DNA of 64,000 bases from Flavobacteriales bacterium (GTDB lineage: Bacteria; Bacteroidota; Bacteroidia; Flavobacteriales; BACL11), in assembly GCA_002697505.1 (NCBI GenBank), contig NZWA01000041.1, positions 11,186 to 75,185 of the forward strand, written 5' to 3'. Position 1 is the first letter of the stretch. Every line of letters starts with the position of its first letter. Of this stretch, positions 41,457 to 47,936 are shown one piece after another. The notes beneath the pieces are model-generated. The model had not been told where the DNA came from. It did no database searches and saw only the letters and a list, made by a program, of their open reading frames with translations. Made by a program: the position numbers and the translations under genes.

Positions 41457-41729
41457 ATGCCAATCGGAGTAAATATCCCAAAAGCTAAGGAGCTCCAGAA
41501 GGAGCGCTTTCGCCAAGTTCGCAAGCCGCTTTTAGAGGCACTAGATATTGATTATCAACGTGCTGACGAAGCAGGGGACGCATCCAAGAAAACAGAAATC
41601 GCCACTAAAAAGCAAGCTTTGAGAGATGTGACAAATAGCACTGCTCTTAATGACGCTACTACAGAAGCCGAAGTTCGCGCTGTGTGGGACACTGATGTTC
41701 TTGGAACTAGACCTGCCGAACATACTTAA
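41457..41729 (+). CDS. Small protein, possible C-terminal half of a split gene. Fibre-assembly-chaperone-like pattern, unverified.
   Basis: 90 aa. The pattern KERFRQVRKPLLEALD...KKQALRDVT...VRAVW resembles, from memory only, small phage proteins associated with fibre genes. Confidence 0.4.
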   Translation: MPIGVNIPKAKELQKERFRQVRKPLLEALDIDYQRADEAGDASKKTEIATKKQALRDVTNSTALNDATTEAEVRAVWDTDVLGTRPAEHT

Positions 41730-41750
41730 TTTTCCAAAAAAACTTCATAT

Positions 41751-41758
41751 AGTGTAAT
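41751..41758 (+). promoter_or_regulatory. AGTGTAAT motif
   Basis: Exact 8-mer, 9 nt before the ATG at 41768. It sits in and next to the loop of an AT-rich hairpin. Confidence 0.45.
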
Positions 41759-41767
41759 TTATACTAT

Positions 41768-42322
41768 ATGAAAGTTGTCGATATCGCTGACGAAATCTTC
41801 AGAGAACTCTCTGAACCTTCAACTTTGTCTATTCCCGCTATTGCTTACTGGGTTAGGAGCAATGTCGGAGAATTAAATAATTATTTAAACACTTCTTTTC
41901 GAGTAAGTCATTCTACTTTTGAAATAGAAGAAAGAGTAGATGTCACAGGAAGGCAGCCTGTTTCTTTTAATAGCTCTGTAGATAATGACACTTTAGAACT
42001 TCAGTTTGAGGAAAAGGCTGTCCTTAAAAAAATGTATAACGTGCACTATTACGACCAGCAACTAAGATCGACTTTAGGAGCTGCTTCTAATGACCCGGTA
42101 GTGGAAGTAGTTTCTGATGGATCTAAAGTTCGCAAAATTAACAAAAACGAACTTAGCAAAACTTACGCATCTTTAAAAAGACAAGAGTACGAAGAGCTGA
42201 GTGATATGATTAATGCGTACAAACTAAGACTTTCGGCGCCGGTTCAAGTCGCAGGAGATGATACCACAGTTGGCGCGCACGATCCTTTCAGAACACAGCA
42301 CTTTAATAGATCTACAATCTAA
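41768..42322 (+). CDS. Head-tail connector (neck) protein candidate
   Basis: 184 aa. First of four coupled genes between the fibre region and the tube gene. Assigned by position only. Confidence 0.4.
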   Translation: MKVVDIADEIFRELSEPSTLSIPAIAYWVRSNVGELNNYLNTSFRVSHSTFEIEERVDVTGRQPVSFNSSVDNDTLELQFEEKAVLKKMYNVHYYDQQLRSTLGAASNDPVVEVVSDGSKVRKINKNELSKTYASLKRQEYEELSDMINAYKLRLSAPVQVAGDDTTVGAHDPFRTQHFNRSTI

Positions 42323-42324
42323 AT

Positions 42325-42762
42325 ATGGCTTCTTTAATACCAGAGTCAAGTAAGACGGATTTCATCAATGCTTTGAACGATCACTTCGATACTTTTAAAG
42401 AAACTATAACTATATTTAAAGAACCAAAAAAAGTTATCACTAATCAGTCTCAGAGTATATATGCTGGATATGGAGCGCAAAAAGAAATCGTTGAATATCA
42501 AACAGTTAGCAATACTTTTGATGCTTTAGTAAATTTTAAAGAAAGACAAAACGAAGAAGTCGTCGACGATATAAAAGTAGAAGATATTAGAGGTGAAGTA
42601 AGAATTAAAGTAGAACAAGACTGCAGAGATTATATAAAAAATAATGGCAAAACTCAGTCTATAGTTGTCCAAGGCAAGAACTACAATGTAATCACAGATG
42701 ATGGCACAAGAGAATATCTGGGTCAGAAATATTTTGTGTTTTATTTAGAAGCTACAACCTAA
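42325..42762 (+). CDS. Neck / head-closure protein candidate
   Basis: 145 aa. Assigned by position only. Confidence 0.35.
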   Translation: MASLIPESSKTDFINALNDHFDTFKETITIFKEPKKVITNQSQSIYAGYGAQKEIVEYQTVSNTFDALVNFKERQNEEVVDDIKVEDIRGEVRIKVEQDCRDYIKNNGKTQSIVVQGKNYNVITDDGTREYLGQKYFVFYLEATT

Positions 42763-43364
42763 TGGCAAGAAAACTTAAGTTAAATCTCCAGCAAATGCTC
42801 AAAAAACAGTTTGACCCGAGCAAATCAAAAGCTTTGGAGAATCTAGCTTACGCCTCTGCATCTAAAAAAGTAAAGACGGCGCAGCAAATGTTGCTTCAGG
42901 AAATAGACGAGCATGAAGTTACGCAAAGCTTGGAGAACGGAACTAAAAGTTCTGCGTTAGGGTATCAAGCTAATATTTTCGAATTTTTAGGATTTAATAG
43001 AGGAGACAAGCCTGTTGAGGTATTGAGATCTGCGTACTCAAACTTCATACATCTAAAAAGGGTACCGCTTAAAAAGAAAGTAAGCGCAACTAAGATAAAT
43101 TATGATTTTACAGTAAGTTATCCAAGTTTGACAGAGATATACGCACAAACTCCGTTACCTTGGGGCGGCGGACGAAGTTGGGTGAGAGCTATCGAAAAAG
43201 GTGGGGTTAGCAATTTTAATTTTACTTTGGCTAATTCAAGATTTACAACGAGCAGGTCTGGCACTGCCATTCAGTCAAAATATCAAGTAAGAGATTTTAA
43301 TTATAAACCAGTTCCATACTTATCTCCTATAATAAATAAATTTAGAGCTAACTTAGGATTATGA
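42762..43364 (+). CDS. Neck / tail-completion protein candidate
   Basis: 200 aa with an overlapping start. Assigned by position only. Confidence 0.35.
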   Translation: MARKLKLNLQQMLKKQFDPSKSKALENLAYASASKKVKTAQQMLLQEIDEHEVTQSLENGTKSSALGYQANIFEFLGFNRGDKPVEVLRSAYSNFIHLKRVPLKKKVSATKINYDFTVSYPSLTEIYAQTPLPWGGGRSWVRAIEKGGVSNFNFTLANSRFTTSRSGTAIQSKYQVRDFNYKPVPYLSPIINKFRANLGL

Positions 43365-44230
43365 AGCCACAATTTGATAACAAGGTAATGTCTAGTTTTT
43401 TCTTATGGTTTGACAACAAACTATTAGATAAAGGCGAAGCTTTTGAAAACGTAACTGGTAAATTTTATGACGCATCTGAAGAATACCAAGGTTTTAGTAC
43501 GTATGCTAGTTCGTATTCTCAGTTCGTAGCAGATGCATCTATAACTGGAGCGACAATCCCTACGGGCATTTATGTTGGCGAAAACAATCTAGTAAATCGC
43601 GGAGAAGGTGGCGCAACCGGTCTTTTTGATATTAATTATCTAGATGGAAAAGTATATTTTTCCGGAGATCAAACAGCAGACATAACAGGTTCATTTGCCA
43701 TCAAAGATTTTAATGTATACCTAACTAATCAACCAGAAGACAAGATTCTTTTTGAAACAAAATACACAGAAAGAAATAAAATTGACATAACACCAACTGG
43801 TCTGGAAGCAGGTACTAAAACATACCCAGTTGTATATTTAAAAAGTATGGGCAGTTCTAATGAACCGATAGCTTTTGGCGGCCAAGATCAGACAACTGTA
43901 AATGTTAGGGCTATAGTATTAGCGCAGAGTCAGTTCGAGTTAGACGCAGTTGGGTCTATATTTAGAGATACTCAAAAGACTTTAGTGCCACTCTTCGACG
44001 AAAACGAGATGCCATTTAACTCTTTTGGTGGATACAAAGATGGAGACCAGTACAATTTCTCAACTTCTACAGCTTCTAAAGGTTCAGCTAACTCTTGCTT
44101 TATAGAAGAAGTATTTGTGTCAAATTTAGAAAGAGGGGTGCAAAGTAGGATACGAGACCTTAATCCTGATATTTTTACTAATATTATTGATTTCGAGCTT
44201 ACTAAGTTCAGATATCCCCGAGATTGTTGA
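43361..44230 (+). CDS. Tail terminator / neck protein candidate
   Basis: 289 aa with an ATGA overlap. Lies directly upstream of the tube candidate. Confidence 0.35.
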   Translation: MKPQFDNKVMSSFFLWFDNKLLDKGEAFENVTGKFYDASEEYQGFSTYASSYSQFVADASITGATIPTGIYVGENNLVNRGEGGATGLFDINYLDGKVYFSGDQTADITGSFAIKDFNVYLTNQPEDKILFETKYTERNKIDITPTGLEAGTKTYPVVYLKSMGSSNEPIAFGGQDQTTVNVRAIVLAQSQFELDAVGSIFRDTQKTLVPLFDENEMPFNSFGGYKDGDQYNFSTSTASKGSANSCFIEEVFVSNLERGVQSRIRDLNPDIFTNIIDFELTKFRYPRDC

Positions 44231-44294
44231 TTTTTATTTCTCTTTTGGCGATATTAACTGTAATATCAAATAACAACTTTAAAAAGGTTTTAAC

Positions 44295-45536
44295 ATGGCT
44301 AGAAACAGAGTAATTTATCAAAGTGAGGCTTTATTCGTAGGCCAGAAGACTGGTGTGACAGACGCTCATACTTCTGCAGGCGACATTAAGCAGCTTCATA
44401 GAGTCCAGTCGGCCAACTACGCTTTCAGCGTAGCCCGAACTGATGTCAATCAATTCGGCGAACTCGCTGCTATTGATAGAGTAGTATTAGACACTCCAAC
44501 AGTAAGTTTGGACTATTCTTACTTATTGTCGAATATGTCTAATGAAGAAAACATGGGCTTTTTTGTTAACACAAAAGAAGTAGGTACAAGCAGTCTAGTT
44601 TCTGCTCTTTCTGGTATTCTTAATAAGACAGAAGATGAAAGAAACTACTTCATTCAAACTTCTCGCGAAGGTGAAGATGCGGTCGGAGACACTACTAGAG
44701 ATAACGCAGGCGTAGCAAGAGGTAGCACAATAGGAATTGGTAACGGATTTGTAACTTCTTATAGCTCAGAAGCTTCTGTAGGAGGTTTTCCAACCGTTTC
44801 TGTTGCTGTAGAAGGTATGAACATGCTTTTCTCTACAGGAACTCAGAACGTTCCTAACCCCGGCATAAATAGAACAGATGGCTCCGCGTCTACCACAAAG
44901 ATTAGCTTGCCGACTGTCAGCGGAGACTTTAAAGATTCTAGCGAGCAAAGTGGTATACTTTCTATCAGTACTCTTCGCCCGGGAGACATCACTATTAAAA
45001 TAGCAGAACATTCTACAGATGGTTCATTTGGAAGTGATGACTATGATCTCGGAGGCGCTAAGCTTCCAGCAGCTGACGGAGACACGACAAACTCCGCAAA
45101 CATTCAAAGCTATAACATTTCTTTTGACTTAGGCAGAACACCAATTCAAAGACTTGGTAATAGATTTGCATTTGCTCGTGAGGTTGACTTTCCTGTTAAT
45201 GTTAGCTTGAGTCTTGACGCTATCATGACAGACCTTACAACTGGTAACCTTAACGATCTAGTTGATTGTGAAAAGTCTTACGACATTCAAATACAACTTA
45301 AGGGAATCACGGGATCTGCTTGCGATACAGTTAAGACTGATGTCGCAGCTTATGTTCTGAAAAATATGAAGCCAGATTCACAATCTTATAGTTCTTCAAT
45401 CGGAGACAATAAGACTGTTACTTTAGACTTCTCAACTCAAATCGGTGGGCCAAGAGATACAAACGCAGGTGTATTCTTCAAGGGCGTTACTCAAACTCAA
45501 GCTCCTTCTGATATGGACGGATCCTTCGCAAGCTAA
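44295..45536 (+). CDS. Major tail (tube) protein candidate
   Basis: 413 aa. It lies upstream of the chaperone-position genes and the tape measure. It is a paralogue of 5377-6828. Confidence 0.55.
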   Translation: MARNRVIYQSEALFVGQKTGVTDAHTSAGDIKQLHRVQSANYAFSVARTDVNQFGELAAIDRVVLDTPTVSLDYSYLLSNMSNEENMGFFVNTKEVGTSSLVSALSGILNKTEDERNYFIQTSREGEDAVGDTTRDNAGVARGSTIGIGNGFVTSYSSEASVGGFPTVSVAVEGMNMLFSTGTQNVPNPGINRTDGSASTTKISLPTVSGDFKDSSEQSGILSISTLRPGDITIKIAEHSTDGSFGSDDYDLGGAKLPAADGDTTNSANIQSYNISFDLGRTPIQRLGNRFAFAREVDFPVNVSLSLDAIMTDLTTGNLNDLVDCEKSYDIQIQLKGITGSACDTVKTDVAAYVLKNMKPDSQSYSSSIGDNKTVTLDFSTQIGGPRDTNAGVFFKGVTQTQAPSDMDGSFAS

Positions 45537-45556
45537 TATTTAGGAGATAAAACATT

Positions 45557-45772
45557 ATGGCAAGAGACGCAGAGTATTGGAGAAGAAGACATGGTGCGAA
45601 AACGGAGGCGGAACTTTCCGCCCCGGCACCAGAACCGACCCCGGAGCCACCCGCTCCCGCACCGGAACCAGAGCCAACGCCGGAACCAGAGCCCGAGCCA
45701 GAGCCACCCGCTCCTGAGCCAGCTCCAGAGCCGCCTGCTCCGGAACCAGCTCCGGAAGCTCCTGAGGAGTAA
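45557..45772 (+). CDS. Small Pro/Glu-rich protein
   Basis: 71 aa. An AGGAG Shine-Dalgarno sequence lies 10 nt upstream. The body is (P-E/A/T) repeats: APEPTPEPPAPAPEPEPTPEPEPEPEPPAPEPAPEPPAPEPAPEAPEE. A strong terminator follows. Confidence 0.55.
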   Translation: MARDAEYWRRRHGAKTEAELSAPAPEPTPEPPAPAPEPEPTPEPEPEPEPPAPEPAPEPPAPEPAPEAPEE

Positions 45773-45781
45773 AGTTAGAAA

Positions 45782-45804
45782 AGCCCCCGAAAGGGGGCTT
45801 TTTT
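45782..45804 (+). terminator. Rho-independent terminator
   Basis: Stem AGCCCCC / GGGGGCT, GAAA loop, T6 run. Confidence 0.85.
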
Positions 45805-45856
45805 ATTATTTTTGTGTGTAATTATTTATAGGTAAAAGGTACAGTAAAGGTATATT

Positions 45857-46087
45857 ATGGAAAAAGATATTGTCGAAAACTTTTTCTCGTTTCAGTTAAA
45901 GAGAAAAATTACAGGATTATACAAGTCCTTCTTCTTCATTCTAGAAGATTTAAATTCAGAAGGTATAAAGATTCCCGAAGAAAACTATAAAAGAATACGC
46001 AAACGTATCCTTGATCAAGGGAACGATACTATTCGCGAGCTAGAAGAATATTTTGACAAATATCTTGAATTCCATAAAAATAAATAA
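45857..46087 (+). CDS. Small hypothetical protein in the tail-chaperone position
   Basis: 76 aa. First gene after the terminator and a TGTGTAAT variant motif at 45815-45822. Confidence 0.4.
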   Translation: MEKDIVENFFSFQLKRKITGLYKSFFFILEDLNSEGIKIPEENYKRIRKRILDQGNDTIRELEEYFDKYLEFHKNK

Positions 46088-46088
46088 G

Positions 46089-46868
46089 ATGAAAAGGTTA
46101 TACGAGTTTACTCTTAAAAAGAAAGAGCAAGTTGAAAAGGAAGTCCCGGACGTAAATAAGGACGGCGAGGAAATTACAGCTAAGAAAACTGTAGAAGAAG
46201 AAGTTGAGAAGAAGTTCTTTTTACGCAGACCTACTCGCGCGATGTTAGACGAGGGAGAACTTTATTATGGTGTTGAGTTAGGTAAAGCTATCCGCGCTGG
46301 AATGATAACTCGGCCGCTACTTCACAAACGTTATACTAACGATGGTGGTATAATGAATGAACTTCAGCAGAAAGCTTTTGACGAAATAACAAAAGAGCTG
46401 CGAGAGATATATGCTGAGCAGGAAGTAATCAATCAAATTGATGAAAAGAAAAGAACCAACGCTCAGAAGAAAAAGCATAAAGAGCTAGAAGACAAAGCCA
46501 AGCCATATCTTGAAACTATGAGAAGATATAACATGGCAGAAGAATCTATTTTTGAAGATACTGCAGAATCCCGCGCCAGAAACAAAGCTATCCTATGGTG
46601 GGTATTGTTCATGTCATATAATGATGACGAAACACCATTTTTTGATAAGGGAGACTTTGACGATAGAATCGAAAAATACGATGAAATCGACGAAGGCCAA
46701 GACCCTTTTCTGACTTCTGCTGTAGCAGAGTTTACCTATAATATTAGTTTGTGGTACTTTGCGCGTCCTAATAGCACCGAACAGTTCGAAGAGTTAAAGA
46801 AAGGTGTTAACGAATTAGAAGAAGAAGAGGAGGAGCCAAAGGAAGACAAAAAGGCTAAAAAGAAGTAA
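46089..46868 (+). CDS. Tail assembly chaperone candidate
   Basis: The preferred start is MKRLYEF at 46089, 1 nt after the upstream stop. The C-terminus is acidic and lysine-rich. It lies upstream of the tape measure. Confidence 0.4.
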   Translation: MKRLYEFTLKKKEQVEKEVPDVNKDGEEITAKKTVEEEVEKKFFLRRPTRAMLDEGELYYGVELGKAIRAGMITRPLLHKRYTNDGGIMNELQQKAFDEITKELREIYAEQEVINQIDEKKRTNAQKKKHKELEDKAKPYLETMRRYNMAEESIFEDTAESRARNKAILWWVLFMSYNDDETPFFDKGDFDDRIEKYDEIDEGQDPFLTSAVAEFTYNISLWYFARPNSTEQFEELKKGVNELEEEEEEPKEDKKAKKK

Positions 46869-46890
46869 TTTAGTTGTGTTAAAACCAAAT

Positions 46891-46916
46891 GCCCCCCTTA
46901 ACCGGGGGGCTTTTCT
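46891..46916 (+). terminator. Terminator-like GC hairpin between the chaperone-position genes
   Basis: Stem GCCCCCC / GGGGGGC, loop TTAACC, then TTTTCTTT. Confidence 0.65.
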
Positions 46917-46918
46917 TT

Positions 46919-47917
46919 ATGGAAAAACAGTATCTAAAGTTAATATTTTCTGAAATTATAGAAGGGTATTCTTTAGTAAACTCTAAACTGTTTGGGGAAC
47001 TAAAGATTAAACATATTAATAACTTCGATGCTGCAAAAACAGATATAAAAAATCATTACTACTTTGAGAAAGCTGTAGATCAAGGACTGCCAAAACGAGA
47101 AGAAAAGATAGAGTATTTAATTAAAGAGAAACTGTGGGATCCTGAAAAAGATAAAGAAGCTACTCGTTTAGAAGAGATGCTAAAAGGCATGAGAAAGACT
47201 AAATCTAAACTCATACTTCAAACCCAGATAGACGCAATAAAAAAAGAAATAGAGGAAAACGAAAAAAACCTAAATCAAATCTTAGCAGAAAAAGAATCTA
47301 TTATAGGTTTTACCGCAGAAGAATACGCAAATAGAAGAATAAACGAGTATTATATGCATGTGTCTATTTTAGACAAAGATGAAAATCAGTTGTTTAAAGA
47401 AGATGAGTTTGATGAACTAGAGGAAAACCAAGTTCAGGAGATAATGTATGTATACGGCAAAAACAATGAAAAGTTTAAAGCAGAAATTTTAAAAAAAATA
47501 GCTCTGTCAGACTTTTTTACAAATATCTTTTATCTATGCGATGACAATCTCTACAACTTCTACGGAAAGCCTGTAATAAATCTCACTTTTTACCAGATAG
47601 AAATATATAGTTATGGTAGATATTTTAAGAGTATTATTCAGAACTCTGAGGATAAGATTCCAGACCACATAGTAGAAGATCCCGAAAAACTAATAGAGTG
47701 GGCACAGTCTAGCAAGAACGTCAAAGAAGCCCTAGAAAGAAGTTCTGTGGGCGATCAAGAGGGCGCCGCGTCTAGTATCGTAGGAGCTACGACGCAAGAC
47801 CTAGCAAAAGCAGGTATCAACAAAGACGAGGATGTTATAGATATATCTAAAGCCGCGCAAGAAAAAGGCGGTAGATTGACTATGGAAGATATGATGAAAT
47901 TACACGGTGTTAAGTAA
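46919..47917 (+). CDS. Hypothetical protein in the tail-chaperone position
   Basis: The preferred start is MEKQYLK at 46919. The ORF-track ATG at 46889 lies inside the hairpin. Confidence 0.4.
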   Translation: MEKQYLKLIFSEIIEGYSLVNSKLFGELKIKHINNFDAAKTDIKNHYYFEKAVDQGLPKREEKIEYLIKEKLWDPEKDKEATRLEEMLKGMRKTKSKLILQTQIDAIKKEIEENEKNLNQILAEKESIIGFTAEEYANRRINEYYMHVSILDKDENQLFKEDEFDELEENQVQEIMYVYGKNNEKFKAEILKKIALSDFFTNIFYLCDDNLYNFYGKPVINLTFYQIEIYSYGRYFKSIIQNSEDKIPDHIVEDPEKLIEWAQSSKNVKEALERSSVGDQEGAASSIVGATTQDLAKAGINKDEDVIDISKAAQEKGGRLTMEDMMKLHGVK

Positions 47918-47921
47918 AAAA

Positions 47922-47929
47922 AGTGTAAT
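47922..47929 (+). promoter_or_regulatory. AGTGTAAT motif
   Basis: Exact 8-mer after an A-run, 7 nt before the GTG at 47937. Confidence 0.45.
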
Positions 47930-47936
47930 TTAATAC

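Noticed and set aside
41190-41516. The minus-strand 108-aa ORF opposite the small cassette.
   Set aside because: It would start inside the next + strand gene and end in the promoter. The + strand ORFs have a promoter, the motif and coherent sequence patterns.
45480-45560. A programmed -1 frameshift that would fuse the Pro/Glu-rich ORF to the C-terminus of the tube protein. The PE ORF is in the -1 frame relative to the tube gene.
   Set aside because: The PE frame has a TAA at 45548-45550, between the tube stop (45534-45536) and the PE ATG (45557). The PE ORF also has its own AGGAG Shine-Dalgarno sequence. It is therefore an independent gene.
46040-46095. A G/GT-style frameshift between ORF 45857-46087 and the overlapping frame of ORF 46053-46868.
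   Set aside because: The downstream ORF is in the +1 frame, not the -1 frame. There is no X-XXY-YYZ heptamer, only CATAAAAATAAATAA. The -1 frame hits TAA at 46075-46077. A normal restart at the ATG at 46089, 1 nt after the stop, explains the arrangement.
46889-46918. The ORF-track start at 46889 (MPPLTGGLFF...) for the gene ending at 47917.
   Set aside because: The first 10 codons are the GC hairpin itself (GCCCCCCTTAACCGGGGGGC). The ATG at 46919, just after the hairpin, is the more plausible start.
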